A DNA stretch of 64,000 nucleotides from Heterodontus francisci. Taxonomy: Eukaryota. This document shows, in pieces, positions 24,901-38,815 of this stretch. How positions within the stretch are numbered: position 1 is the first letter of the stretch; each line of letters opens with the position of its first letter. The position numbers were made by a program, and so were the translations under genes. The stretch covers positions 43,731,159 through 43,795,158 of the forward strand of contig NC_090388.1 of NCBI RefSeq assembly GCF_036365525.1, written 5' to 3'. The notes below the pieces were generated by a model. That model saw only the letters and a program-made list of their open reading frames with translations, searched no databases and had not been told where the DNA came from.

Positions 24901-27900
24901 TAACTTTTTCTTAGCATTTTGAGAGATAATAAACTAAAAATAAAATCCTATTCCTTCAGTTTAAATGGTAGAGAGCTCTTTTTCAGGTGTGCTCATCACA
25001 GCTGCCTGTGTCTTCTGTTAGTGTGTTCTGTTAGGACAAACTGTCTCACTGAAAGGCAGTTCAAGCTGAATTGAAGCAAATATATCACATCAGGCTCACT
25101 CCCAGTGGCTGTTTCCACAGTATCAAGAATGCACCCTTTGAATTACAGTCTCCAAATGGCTGTTTCTAAGGCAATGAAAATGCACTTTCCTATAACTCCT
25201 AAGGCTTGCCTGCTCTTAAAGCAATACTGATCCCTTGCAAGCCTTAAAGGCAAACCTCATATTCCGAAAAGAAAATACAGGACCATGACACCTCCGCCCC
25301 TAGCAGAATGAAACGCCATTCCTGAAATGCATTTCATTACAATGGTAAAAAAATACAAATTGAAAAAATGCTAACTTTTTTTCACGCATTTACAGATATA
25401 CACATTTCTAAAAAAAATGTTTAGACTACAGCAGCAAGTTCCACCAGAACATTTCAGCTTTACATTTTCAAAAGGTTGTTCCAATTAACCCATTTTTTAA
25501 TTTCCAAGCATAGTCTTCCCATTGTTTTGTGTTTTCCTTCCAAGTGTCACTATTTTCCATCACCACAACTAGGAGCACTGACCACTACTGGGTTCCCTAT
25601 TCTCTGAGAAGTTTCGCGAGTACCCCTTAACCTATGTGGCATCACTTGACACTGGAAAAGCCCGTCCGGTGTCACAGAAGCTGATTTTTTCTTACCCTAG
25701 GGTGTCAAAGGAATTTAACAGTATCCTTGCAACACATCTGTCTCTTTAATACACATTGTGTTGCCCACTCTGTCCATAACAAGTCCTTTAAATGAGAATT
25801 TGTGTAGGAGTCTGCCTTCTTTACCACAGTGACTTTTCCAGAGTCCATGCAAGTTTGAGCTGTACCACCAGGTTTAGTCATCAAGACCATCTGCGAATTC
25901 CAGCTGTCCTGAATAGGTTCATCTAAGCTGCCCTTCAGCATGCATTGTACCTCTGCTTCCACTTGGGCCTATCTGTCTGGGCCTATCCTTCTTGGGTTTA
26001 TGGGGGTGATGGACAAAATAGGTTGGCTTATTCAGAAGCTCAAAATAATCAGGAATTTCTGCTGCTTGCCTAGCTTACAAAACTTTCAGGTTATCTCTAT
26101 GATTTCTCACTAATGAAGGAATGGAGTTTTTAAACTCATCTAAGAGATTCAATTCTCAAAGGTTCTCTCATGTAGTTTCTATCTTTAATGCCCATATCCA
26201 ATGGTCAAAATTCATTTACTTCACTCTCTCAAATTCCAAATATGTCTTCCCAGCCAATCTCCATAAATTCCTAAACTTCTGACTGCGAGCTTCAGGGACT
26301 AATTAATATGCAGCGAGAATAGCCTTTTTTGTTATCTCATAATCTGCAGAAGCCTCTTCAGGAAGCATGGCCTAAGCTTCATGAGCTCTGCCTACCAACC
26401 TGCCCTGTATAAGCAGTGTCCAGCATTCTCTTGGCTATTTCATCTGTTTGGCTAATTTTTCAAAAGATATGAAAAATTCCTCTATGTCCCTTTCCTCAAA
26501 CCTAGGAAGAGCCTATATAAATTTAAACAACTTTTTGCTGGGTCCTGTGCTAAATTCAGATTCTTCCTGACCTGAATTTTCCCTGGATTTAAGACTAGCC
26601 CTTTGTCTTAGTTCCGTCTCTTTTAACTTAAATTCCCGCTCGTCTCTTTCACTCGCTCTCTGAAGTTCAAGTTTTCTTTATTCTTTTTTGCCTCAAGTTT
26701 TTTCATTTCTAACTGAATCCTAGCCAATACCACTGCATCACTCTTTGACCTACTACCTTCTTGTTCCTCGTAATACCCTTCATCATCATCAACATTTACT
26801 AATTCCAGATGTTCAGCTATTATGTCAATTATCTCTGCTTTTTTAGCACCTAATTTGAATTCCATCCCCAATTTCACTGTCAATTCTTTTAATTTGTTCT
26901 TAGTTAAAGTTATCAAGTCACTCAGGGAAACATTCCGTTTTCCCAAAAACTCTGCTGCAACCACTAATGCCATTACAATGATATAGACTGTACCTTATTA
27001 TACAAGAGAGCTGGTTCTTTTATTTTCTTTGCAATTGGCATTAGATTTAGATCCCAACAATCAAGTTTGCAATTGTTATGATCCCAATGCAACAGCAATT
27101 AAATATGATGCCAGACGCAAGACCCTAATTTAAATATGTTTTCCCAGAGATGAGTAGATAATATGATTCCAAATGTGAGCCCTCCAAATTAGTCTGATTC
27201 TGATACCAGACAAGCCCCCAATTAATATGTTATGACCAACCACTCAAGACAAAGCACCCAATCAAAATATATGATTCTGACTGCGTTGGGAGAAACGCAC
27301 TGTCAAATCAGTCCTGCCACTCCACAGATTGTCTAACATATCACTTTAAACATTCCAAATTAAAGAAAACCACAGCCAAATTAACCATCTATTAACCCCC
27401 CGAATGAGGCGAACGAAACCAGGTGCCTTTAGTTCAACAAATTAACTGTTCAATTAGAAAAACTAAGTTCTTAAATATGACTAAGATATAAGCAACATTT
27501 CAAATAGCAAAAATGAGTGTCCTTGCAGATTTACGGTACTGCCAAAGTGGAATTTTCCAATGTGGAACAGTCCTAGGCTGCTTGAAGTTCTCACAGCTGT
27601 CCGATGGGGGAAAAAAGGTTCTTCAACAGTCGGACAGTCAGTAGTCTAGTTCCAGTTGAAGTGATGCTCTTCTTCCAGTGATGAAGTCAGCAATCAACAA
27701 CTTGCAGACACTTTTCAATGGATCAATTTGGCTTTAAAATTGTTTTGAGGGGTGAAAAAGTGATCAGTCTAAAATTCACCTTCCTTCAGTTTAAATTATC
27801 TTATCTCTTTTAGGTTCATGCTGGTCCAGCTGTCTGTCTGTGTCTGTCTGAACTAAAAAGCCAGTTCAAAATGTAATTGTAACACTGTATATCTGGTCCT

Positions 27901-28108
27901 TGTTCTCCGAATGGCTGTTGCCGGGTAACCAGGATGCATTCTTTGAAGCTGGTTGGTTCCCTTTCTGTCTAGTATATCCTATGGCAACGAGAATGCATTC
28001 TTTGATTCACTGTCCCTGGAGCTTGCTGCCTTAAAGCAGTACTGATCATCTTACAGCCTTAAAGGCACACTGCATACTTACCAGAAAAAGAACTACAGGA
28101 TCATAACA
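21921..28108 (-). mobile_element. Degenerate Gmr1-like Ty3/Gypsy LTR retrotransposon complex
   Basis: TG...CA LTRs at 21921-22789 and 27228-28108; 4-bp TSD CACC/TACC; PPT next to 22790; tRNA-Pro-like PBS at 27203-27220; gag remnant about 26000-26973; integrase Zn-finger remnant 23863-24147 lying upstream of RT remnants. Confidence 0.9.
24388..25290 (-). repeat. Third, diverged LTR inside the Gypsy complex
   Basis: tgttatgacc...catgaca termini, followed by its own PPT (cctccgcccc) and a duplicate of internal region 22790-23460. Confidence 0.85.
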
Positions 28109-28419
28109 TACCTTCCAAACCTGCAACCTCTACCACCTAGAAGGACAAGGGCAGCTGATGCATGGGAACGCCACCACTTGCAGTTCCCCTCCATGCCACA
28201 CACCACCCTGATTTGGAACTATATCACCGTTCCTTCACTGTCGCTGATTCAAAATCCTGAAACTCCCTTTCGAATAGCACTGTTGGTGTACCTACACCCC
28301 AATGAGTGCAGTAGTTCAAGAAGGCAGCTCACTACCACCTTCCCAAGGGCAATTACGGATGGGCAACAAATGCTGGCTTAGCCAGTGACACCCACATCCC
28401 ATGAATGAATAAAAAAAGT

Positions 28420-28970
28420 TATGCTGCAGCTATACAAAACACTGATTAGATTGCATCTGATGTGCAGTTCTGGGATATAGTGGCCTTGGTAAGAGCTGAG
28501 CACAGATTCACCAGAATGTTACCTGGGCTTCAAGGGTTGGATTATGAGAGTAGATTAAATAAACTAGGCCTAGCTTTCTAGTAATGCAAGTTAAGGGGTG
28601 AATTGATTGACACTTTTAGGATTTTGAAAAGAATTGATAGAGTAGATAGACAGAAACTTTTCCCACTGGTGGGTGTGCCTAGGACATAAGTGCATAACCT
28701 TAAAATCACTGCCAGGCCATCCAGGAGAGAAGTTAAGAAACCTTTCTTTACGCAATGGATGTTAGAAGTGTGGAAATCTCTTCCACAAAAAGCTGTAAAT
28801 GCTCACTCAATTAATAATTTTAAATCTGAGATCAATGGACTTTTGCTAGCCTAAGGTATAAAAGGCTATGGAGCTAAGGCAGCTGGATGGAGTTGAGATA
28901 CATATCAACCAAGATCTCATTGAACGGCAGAACAGGCTTGAGGGGCTCAATGTCCTACTCCTGTTCCTAT
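28420..28970 (+). mobile_element. CR1 LINE 3' fragment
   Basis: Typical CR1 3' region ending cctactcctgttcctat. Confidence 0.7.
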
Positions 28971-28999
28971 TAAAATAGTAATCTCATGAGCAAGCGGGA

Positions 29000-30056
29000 T
29001 AAATTTATAATAGAAAAGGAACAATTTTTAAAATAATTTGGTTTTGCTGTCAAAATAATGGTGAGGCTAATGATGCTCACTATAATTCATGACGAACTGG
29101 TACAGCAACTTCAGGTGAGGAGCAAATGCACATTTAAATGCAAATATCCAAAAATTGCCATCCAAGTTGTGCTACTTTGCTGCTATCTTTGCAAAAATGA
29201 CATTCCCCTGTCTGCCTCACCATTCACATGCATTGAACATCATGAAGTTGCTCTACTTGTATGCTAGATATGAACTAAACTCACCACGGAAAATTAAGTC
29301 TTGTCATTTTAAGTGTAAGTACCCATTTAATGATGTGGTGTTAATAACTGCCAACCTCTCTGGCATTGAAAACTAATTATTCCTTCAGCTATTAATTGAT
29401 TTTGGAGATTTTAAAAATGTAAAATTTACCATTTTTTTAAACTTTGCCCTTTTGTGTTTTTTCTCTCTTAATCTAATCATTATTTCCCTATCTTTCTCTT
29501 TCTCATGACATTGGGCTGGATTTTACCAGCCAGATGTCTGGGTCGTGACAGGGAGGCCCGAGAAATGCTATCAGGAGAGGCCCCGCCAGATATTAGCGGC
29601 GGCAGCAAGGCCTCAGTGCGCCCCCCGCCCCTCCCAGCCTTCATTAAAATATTGAAATGAGGTAAATAAAAGTGCAAATCAACTTACCTGCTGCTTGTGG
29701 CCGTCCCACGCCGCTTTTACGGTCGCTGGCCACTACTCCCACACCTTTAAAACTCCGAGTCGGGACACTGGTGGGGAGGGGGGAGGAATAAAATTATCAG
29801 AGCGGGAGTGGGGGAGGGGGGCGGGAAGTTAAACTTTTATTGACATTTTTATCAAACCAGCACCTTTAAATATTTAAATCTCTCCTGAAGGGCTTGAAAT
29901 CCTGTAAAAATGGCGCCGGAGTATCCTCTCACTGCAACATCATCAGCTTACATTTTCAGCAACTCAACATGCAAAAAAAATTTAAAACCTACATACCCAA
30001 GGTCAGGTCTAACACCAGACACTGTTAGATGGACTGCTACAGCAAAATTTGGGCCA
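29000..30056. mobile_element. Nested non-autonomous DNA-transposon-like repeats
   Basis: aacctctctggcattgaaaactaatt (29352) recurs in reverse near 62865-62890; gggctggattttac at 29513 resembles the TIR at 33036. Confidence 0.45.
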
Positions 30057-30164
30057 TTATTATAATTCTTAAATTGTAAAAATACACAGCTTTAAGGCAG
30101 CGGTAGCCATGTTGAAATACAAGTGATTTATACGGGATGTATGTAACAAATTAAAGACCTACAT

Positions 30165-30750
30165 ATGAACATATAAATTAGGAGCAGGAGTAGCCACTCG
30201 GCCCCTCGAGCCTGCTCTGCCATTCAACAAGATCATGGCTGATCTGATTTTAACCTCAACTCTCACTTCAAAGACTCTGCTTCCACTGCCTTTTGAGGAA
30301 GAGTGTTCCAAAGACTCTCAACCCTGAAAGAAAACAATTCTCCTCATCTCTGTCTTAAATGGGCGACCCCTTATTTTTAAACAGTGACCCTAGTTCTAGA
30401 TTCTCCCACAAGAGGTAACATCCTTTCCACATCCACCCTGTCAAGACCCCTCAGGATCTTGTATGTTTCAATCAAGTCACCTCTTACTTTTCTAAACTCC
30501 AGTGGATACAAGCCTAGCCCTGTCCAATCTTTTCTCATAAGACAACCTGCCCATTCCAGGTATTTGTCTAGTAAACTTTCTCAAAATCGATTCCAACACA
30601 TTTACATCCTTCCTTAAATAAGGAGAGCAAGACTGTACACAGTACTCCAGATGTGGTCTCACCAATGCCCTGTATAGCTGAAGCATCACCTCCCTACTTT
30701 TGTATTCAATTCCCCTCGCAATAAAAGATAACATTCTATTAGCTTTCCTA
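30165..30750 (-). mobile_element. CR1 LINE 3' fragment
   Basis: ARGIEYKSREVMLQLYRALVRPHLEYCVQ peptide. Confidence 0.85.
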
Positions 30751-32000
30751 AACTGATTTTAAAATTAAAAAACAAATGCCATCAGTGACCAATTAAGTGC
30801 AAACAAAAGGTACAAAGGATGATCTTTAACAACCTCTCTCTCACTCCTGTTCTTTGATTTTATATTATTTGTGGTTAAATAGCAAAATGTACAATTGGAA
30901 AGTAGAGTTGGCTGGAGTATAGGTGTTTCTCTGCTGTACAAGCTTAGGAGCTGCTTGATGCAGAACTGAAGTACTATCAGGAGGTTGCAATCCAATGTGA
31001 CAAGTTCCCACAGGCAATTTTCAATACAATTGTGGACACAGGAATTTATAATTGAAGCTGACACAAAAGTGTGACAAATACATGACAGCAGCAACATTTT
31101 AACATAACAGAGACTTCCAAGAGTAGCTTCATTATTTAATATCAGGGCTTGTTTCAATGGCAGTCAAGTGGAATACGTCAGAACCAGGAAACCAGCACCA
31201 ACAATGTCATCACTCGACTTCACTCAATATTTTGACAACAAAAATAAATTAAATACATAATATAAAGACAGAAAAATGTTGAAATTAAGATTTTGCAATG
31301 GTGTCTTTTTAAAAGGAAACTTAGGACTGAGACATTCCCATTTCAAAGTACACATTTATATGAAAAATAGCAGTGATCTACAGGCCAGATAGCTACTGCA
31401 CATGTTGTGAGATAATTGTAAAATGTCCATATAAATTAAATTGGAAAGTGTGGAGTGGCCGGAGGCTTTTCGAGGAGCAAAATAGAGCTTTCTTTACATT
31501 ATAAGCATCCTGCACTGAAGGCACATCATGGACTAAGACTTATTCATGGGTCCTACATTATGCTTCATTGGAAGATACCCTTATCATCAACAGCCATTTA
31601 AGAACAAAGCTTGGGGGCCCTTCTCAAATGGCTATCACTGCCTTACACCTGTTCTTTCAAAAATCTCATGGCTCTGTGTTCTTTGCCTTTCAATAAATGT
31701 AATACATTTGTATTATTAATACAAAGCAAATCATTAGTCTTAGCTTTTTGTCAATGATTCTTGATTGTTTCCTAATTACTATTTTCATGCAAATCCCATA
31801 TGTAGGAGCGAACTGATGCTTGTATTAACAATTGTGAAGTTTTAGTTCTTTACTAATTGTCTGAGAATAATGATCAGCTCCAAACATTTTCAAGGTAGCA
31901 CAGTCTGATTCCATTAAAATAGCCCAATTCTACCATCTCTCCTCATTTAAGGATCTTGCTGCAGTTATGCCAACTGCATTTCCATACAAAACAATGACTC

Positions 32001-32446
32001 TTAAATTACATTAGGGTAATACAATGAACAAAGTAAAATGTTTTGGCCAAATGCTGGAAAACGTCGGAATGCTTCCCACATATCTGAAAATAGATTGTAT
32101 TTCAGGAATACACGATGTTCAAGACTGGTTGTTGGTGCAATATCTCTGCTTATGATGTAGATTCCATCATTGTGCAATGTGCAAGTTAAATTTAGTCCAG
32201 ATTTTGATGTGTTTTCCTTGAGGAAGAGCCATTCCCTAGTGGTCACATTGTAGGACTGTACAGTGAGCATGTCTTCAGTACGGCTTCCCTTTCCACTTCC
32301 ACCTTTTTCATGGATGCAGCCACCCACAAGATAAATCGTATCTTCCACAGAAACCATTTGTTGTTTACGAATATGAACCTCACAGGATTCTAATACAGTC
32401 CAGGCATCTGAGGTAGGGCAATATCGTAATATGTTCATATTTCTAT
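32001..32446 (-). CDS. KLHL42: Kelch-like 42, last coding exon
   Basis: Acceptor ttttactttcAG; DRNMNILRYCP...KENTSKSGLNLTC...WEAFRRFPAFG matches the KLHL42 C-terminus; TAA at 32003-32001. Confidence 0.96.
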
Positions 32447-33035
32447 CTGAAAGTAAAAGTTTTTTTTAATGAATTTATAAACAAGATAAATACTTTTAAA
32501 CATACATAGAATTACAAAGCCGATACTGGAGCACTGTCAAAGATGGGAAGTTTAATGTTATTACAAAACCAAAATATAGATTCTGAAAAGAAAAATGCAC
32601 ACTGGATAAAATTAGAACAAAGTGGACCTCCATTGCCACCAGCTAGAATGGCAATAGAATGAGTTCCATTGTTGTGGAGATAGATAACATATAGATATCA
32701 GGGTACAGCAAGAGTATCCAAAAATGCAGCTGAGCAATTTGGTGCTCACACGTGCTGACCCATGATGCGATTCTCTACACTGCGGCAAGAAAAAATCTTC
32801 ATCACAGAGATGGAATATTATTGGCTCAGGTATGCCAAGCTATTAAAATGCATAGATATGAGTGTAGGACACTACACTAGGCTGGGTGTAAATTTAAAGG
32901 CAATTTTTAACTCTCAAATTTTTTCCAGATGCTGTCTCCTCTTTCCAAATTTGTTTAGGAATTAAACTCAAAAGAATGGGGGAGGCAGCCTGTAAACTCA
33001 ATGTAGCCACGGTCAATCAAAACAATTAAAGCACT

Positions 33036-34229
33036 GGGGCCGGATTTTCAAAGGGCCCCCGGTTGGGACCTGGCGCGGGCGCCATTAGTAAATCACAGTC
33101 CTGGAGGTCACCTCAGGCTGCTGACACTTCCGAGACAGTTTCAAGTTTTCAAAGTGCCGGGGTGGGGGGGGGGGGGGGGGGGGAGAGGGGGGAAGGGAAA
33201 CATGCATGCTATCAATTAAAAGCCCGTTAAGCTCCTTTAGCTGGTTAAGATGTCGGGGCATTCGGGAAGGCAATTTTAAAATCAGATTTCGGCAATCCCC
33301 ACCAGTCTGCTGCACAGCTGTCCGGTCACCACGGACAAAAGCAAGCTTGTTTCCATGTGTATTAAGATTAAATTTGAGGGGCCATCTAGCACTGGGTCAA
33401 GGGCTGTATTGCCATTTGGTGTCTGTGGCCACTTTCCACTGTCATAGCTGACCTGGCTCATTCATCATCTTTCAGAGCATGGGGGGGGGGCTCCCCCTTT
33501 TTATTTTTAGTTATTTTTTTTTTATTTGTTTATTTTATTTTAGCTTGTTTCATCATTCATTTTTTACCATGTGCCTACCCACTTTTTTTTTTATGTTTGT
33601 GCTTTGGGCCAGGGCTGTTCATTTTTCTGTCAATTAACACCCACTCTGCACTAACGCTTTGTCTTTCAGCATACAATTAACATACCGTTTGCCTTTGCTC
33701 CATGACCTTCTGGTCAGTTATTCTTTATGACCCTCTGTCCTATCAACACCTTCCATTTTGTTATCTCTTGCTCCACCCCCCACTTTATTTGCTTGAAACC
33801 TATTACATTTCCAATATTTGCCAGTTCTGATGAAGGGTCACCGACCTGAAATGTTAACTCCGCTCCTCTCTCCACAGATGGTGCCAGACCTGCTGAGTAT
33901 TTCCAGCATTTCTTGTTTTTATATCAGATTTCCAGCATCTGCAGTATTTTGCTTTTATTACCTTTCATAAGCTGCCTGCTCTCCTCAGCAAGACAGCAGC
34001 AGTTCCAAACATGGCTGCTACCTGCGTTTGCTGCTAGCACCAGGCAGGCAGCTCCCGCCTCCTGGAGGCGCTCAGTGCCTCAAATTGGGCGCCAAGCTTG
34101 CTTCCTCCTCAATTAAAGCATTAGCATTCAAAGTTTGCATCGCAAGAGCAACACAGCTGAAGCACGGGGTTGGGACATGGAATTCGTCAGGGTGTCGGGT
34201 TCCCAGCCCCACTTTGAAAATCCAGCCCC
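33036..34229. mobile_element. Harbinger-type non-autonomous element in KLHL42 intron 2, with nested Penelope-derived insert (about 33480-33960)
   Basis: TIRs ggggccggattttcaaag / ctttgaaaatccagcccc match at 17 of 18 positions. Confidence 0.7.
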
Positions 34230-35145
34230 TAGTGTCTTTCAAAATGATAATGACACTACAAATTATAAAATTACTAACTCCGACCAGGAGCATAAATGAT
34301 GTAGGTTGTTAAACTTTGCAACATTATCAAGAACAAAGTCTTATAATCAGCTAACAGACAACAGGGTTCAAGCAAAACAGACTCTTACTGCTGTGGAACC
34401 TTTACTTTCCATGTTCATGGCAGACAGCTTGAGGAATTATAACTCCCAGCTCTTGCTCAGTACACCCATCTGTAGCAGGTTCAGAGCTCCCGCAGCAAAA
34501 TCAAATCTCATCAAAAAAGGAAGAAAAGTTGGGGGATAGAGTGTCATCCTGGGTAGCTCTTGAATACCTTCCAATAGCTCAGAATAGCATTGGTGATAAC
34601 TGGGAACAGGCCAACTGCAGTTGTTATGAATGCCCTGAAAAATGTAAGAGATTTTGTTTTGTTAAAAAGTGTACGAATGTCAGTTAGTAGCTTCTGCAAG
34701 GAAATAAAAGGGGCATGCAGGCTCCTGTAGGAATACATTTTTAATTCTAATAAATACTGTGTGTTTTAAAAAGTTGGTCTCTCAAATTTTACAGTTTTTA
34801 AACTGATGCTGCCTGTGGTTCAATTTTTGCTAAAATCTGCATAGTGACTCTATGGTATTGCATATTTATTATTGCACAGAGTGCCAGCAGGCCTCACCCA
34901 GTATGACCCTCTATCCATCTTTTCTTTCCTGTCATTACAGAAGTGCCAAGCCTCCAATCAAGCCAATGAAATTGAGATCAAGGACTCAAAATTGACAGGC
35001 AAGTAAAATCAGTGCATCATCACTGTTACAGTCTACTTGTCAATGCATCAACAAATCACCCAGGATTTTTTTAGTATATATATATATTGCTTAAGCAGAC
35101 AGTCAACAAATCTCCTTTAAAACCTAGAACCAAAAAATATCTCAC

Positions 35146-35339
35146 CTCGTGTTGTGTATCCACCTATTACATAGATCATCCCTTTGCATTCACAGGCTGA
35201 GAACTCCACAAGAGGATCTGGCATTGAGGCTACAAAACTCCACCAATCCATCTCTGGACTGTAGCATTCAACATTGCAAAGTGACTGTCCACCTACTGCA
35301 TACAATTTCCCACTTACAGCTAGAAGTTTAAAATTTGAT
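35146..35339 (-). CDS. KLHL42: Kelch-like 42, coding exon 2
   Basis: AG and GTGAG boundaries, 194 nt, phases 2 and 1 fit the neighbours; SNFKLLAVSGKLYAVGGQ...ACECKGMIYVIGGYTTR kelch repeats. Confidence 0.96.
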
Positions 35340-37705
35340 CTAAAGAGAGATAAATATGGAAACAGTATAAAATGTTCAATACTGTATTTCTCAAAATCAC
35401 ATGCAGTTTCAACAAGAGATTACACAATATTTGCCATTTAAGTGGCAAAAAAATATACTTTGTTCTCAGAGTGAAGTACATTAGTATTAGACAATAGGAT
35501 ATTCTTTATTTTTGGTTGCCCTTTGTTAGCACCAAGCATTCCCCATTCAGATGCAGTATGGTTAGCAGAACAAAGTTCCCTCTACTTGGTCTCAATAATG
35601 TACCTTATTCCCAACCCACTCCCTACAGAACCAGTGTGTCATTTTCCATATCCTACACAGCCATCCTGTGGCTTTTCTGAGTGAGATGGACAATGTAGTG
35701 CTTATTAATGCTGAAATCAGGAAAACTTTGGGCTGGGGGTCTATGTCCTGTAGCTTGAGATTGGCCAAACTAATGTCACATACAACACTTAGAGCCTGTA
35801 GACAGGAGAGTTGGATCCTGTCACGTGAAACCTAATTCAGATCTTGGTTTCAGAGTATTATTTTGAAACTGCATTGCAAGTCAACATGCATGCTGCAGCT
35901 CTGATTATCCCATCATCTAACTGTAAAGGTGGACTTGTTGGAAGAATTAAAAGAAAGGTAATGGTAATTAACAAAGAGAAATAATTTTTCTAAAAATGAG
36001 CAGCATTAAAGAATGTGCTGCCCTTCATCTATAAGTACCTCACTCCCTTTAGCCTAACCCAAGCTCATGGCACAATATAGCGTCAAATGCAACAGACTGA
36101 ATACCTATGCAGTCTCTGTAGCCTCTGCAGTCAGAGCCCAGATAACATCAAGCCACTAGAGGACTGGCATGAAAGGAGGGTTGTAACATAATTTTTTGCA
36201 TGACGTGGCTTATGCTATACTTCCACTGCTGAATGTCCACTGAAATTATTACTGTTGTCCCTCAGGTTGCCTTCTAACGTTTCTCTGAATATTCTGCTAT
36301 CTTCCTAACATTACTGGTACCATGTATCTGGGCAGCCTGATGCTGTCCATTGTCTGCATATTCCAAATCATTTCAAGCAATTGCTAGCATGTATAGGCTG
36401 CCTTTGTTCATCCATCTCATCCTTCCAAAGTTTTCTTGAGGTACTTGTGCGACAGGAAAAAAATAGGCCACAGGAATTCATTCAGAGTACCAAACTCTTT
36501 TTCTCATAAAGCCACATTCCTGTTGTAAATAATTTGAAAATCTCAATTAGAATTGGAAGCCAGGCTGGCACAGACTAGACTTAAAATAAAATGCGTTCAT
36601 ACTTTTCTTGGGATTGTTGAAATACATACGAAGAAAACAGGTGGAAAAAATAGTGTCCACGATACCAAAACTTTTTTCTAAAAAAATACCCAAATATACG
36701 ACGTTTTCCTAGGGGCAAAAGGGCAATGCAAATAGGATAATCTATTGGAAGTTTAAACCTTTAGGAAATTAAGAACATACTGAGTGGTCTATGACAGTTT
36801 GTCAAATGCCTATTTCTTTAATACAACTTAGTCTAGGGAAAAGCATACACCTCTCTTGCTAAAAAGGAATCCTTTGAAGAGTGCAAACACCTAGTGATTT
36901 GTATTCCCTACTGGATGTGGCCAGTTCTGGCTTCCTGAGAGCTTTTATACAAAACTTAATTGTTTACATAATATCTTGATCACGGCACAGCAGCTCATCT
37001 GTACTCTGAGCATTATATCCCTACATTTAGATTAATAAGGCATATAGTTATAAATATTTTACACGACTGTTAAATGTGCCTTTTTATATTAAAAAAACAT
37101 GAGAAATCCAGTGTCAGCCAAACTACAATGGGACAATGTCAGCGTTATAGCTGACAAATATACTGCAATGATGTTCATCCATTGCTATAAAACATTTGTC
37201 TTTTATTTTAAATACTGGCATGAGAATTGCTAATGGAAATATAAATTATACTCTCACAGGTACAACAGTGCATTATCGCAGTGACATCATAAAATAGTTT
37301 CAACCCATTTACTGGGCTTGAAAAATACTTGCTTCAATTAACTTTGTTTCAGTTGAAAAGCTGTTGTGTTGCATTTATGGAAAAAGAATGAGCCATAACA
37401 CATATGGTAATTGTCTCAAATTGTGAGGCGACTGTTATTCACTTTCCCCCCATTGAATTATCTGGGCAGTCTCACCACTTGTATCAGCCATATGTATAAA
37501 AATATATCTTTTATCTTTTGTAGGAAAAATACCCTTTCTTGGAAATTTTGTAGAACTGTAATGGTGACATTTTTCAGACATACAACCTTATCTGTAAAAA
37601 ATCATTTGAAAATATTTTTGGTAATAGGAAGGAGATTCTTGGGAAAATAGCATGTCGAATAGCACCGTGTGGTGACAGTGAACTACAAGAGTGTCATCTT
37701 TGTAC

Positions 37706-38466
37706 CTTTTCTGATTCATTGGTGCAATCTGATTCCACTCGTTTTTGCAGGGATTGTAGCAATGTGCAGCTGCGATCTCCTGATTAGTCATCCTGTATCC
37801 ACCAATAATGAAAAGGTAATTATTCAGGACTATTGAGCCATAGCCCCTCACATTCACCATGTCCAGAGGGAGGCTGTTTGCCAGGGGTAGCCATCTCTGT
37901 ACGACCTCATCGTATCTCAGCATTGACCAGGCCTCATCAGGAGCCTGGTTCGAGGAGGTGCTGAAGAAATCCCCAACTGCCACCAAGACAGCTGTGCCTT
38001 TAAGGCGCATCTCCCTGATCTGTTGGCGCAAAGTGTTCGGTAGATGGCTGAATTCCTGTCTCCTTAGCACGGGATGGTAATGACACACCATGAACCTGAG
38101 GGAGGCATTCATTAGATCACTGATTCCATAAATTTCTGAAAGTTTATATAACTCCACACAGTTGTCCACTTTAACCTCAGAGAGGAGCAGCTTCAAGATG
38201 GAAGTCACCTGAAGAAAAGATGCCGTTTCCACTAAATCTTCCAAGGTCTCATTATCGAAATCCACTTTGGAGGTATTGATGAATTCAATGACCAGCTCCA
38301 GTCCATGAGCACTCAACCCTTGCAACTGTACCGAGTCCTCTTCAGATTCCTTCATCCCAGAGTTAAAGAGGGCTCTGAAATAGTCGCTTTTCTCAATTAA
38401 CTTACTTTTGTTGACATTGTACGTCTTACCTTCTATTATGATAGCAATGATTTCTTCGGAGGACAT
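37706..38466 (-). CDS. KLHL42: Kelch-like 42, coding exon 1 (BTB/BACK plus first kelch); spliced product about 466 aa
   Basis: SDYFRALFNSGMKES BTB motif; donor AAAAG|GTAC at 37705. Confidence 0.96.
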
Positions 38467-38689
38467 TGTATCAGCAGAGGAGGACTGAATGCCAGTTTGA
38501 GCAATTGTTTTCCTTAAGTGGTCAAGTTCAGCTTTTATTTACATTTATTCAGACCTGCGCACTTCACCATCCCCACGGGCCTATATCAGTTTCATGCATT
38601 AGTTTCAGTTGGTTTATTAACATTACTGTGCTGAATTTAATTTAACAGCAGATTCTTGTTGCACACATTGCATGCAACCACTAAATGCT

Positions 38690-38815
38690 TGCTCCGTTTT
38701 CATGCTTGTTCGGATGACGTTTCAGAGTCTACTCGCTTGCTTCTTTCATCCCGTTTCCTTGCCATTTCGGAATCGTCACTTCTTGTTCCGTTTCCAACAA
38801 CCAATCTCCGACTGT
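38690..38815 (-). promoter_or_regulatory. Probable KLHL42 promoter
   Basis: Local CpG cluster with CGGATGACGT (CRE-like), TTCCG/CGGAA ETS-like cores and CCAAT, about 250-350 bp upstream of the ATG. Confidence 0.4.

Noticed and set aside
37588-37705. ORF extension YKDDTLVV... of KLHL42 exon 1
   Set aside because: Intron read-through past the GT donor at 37705.
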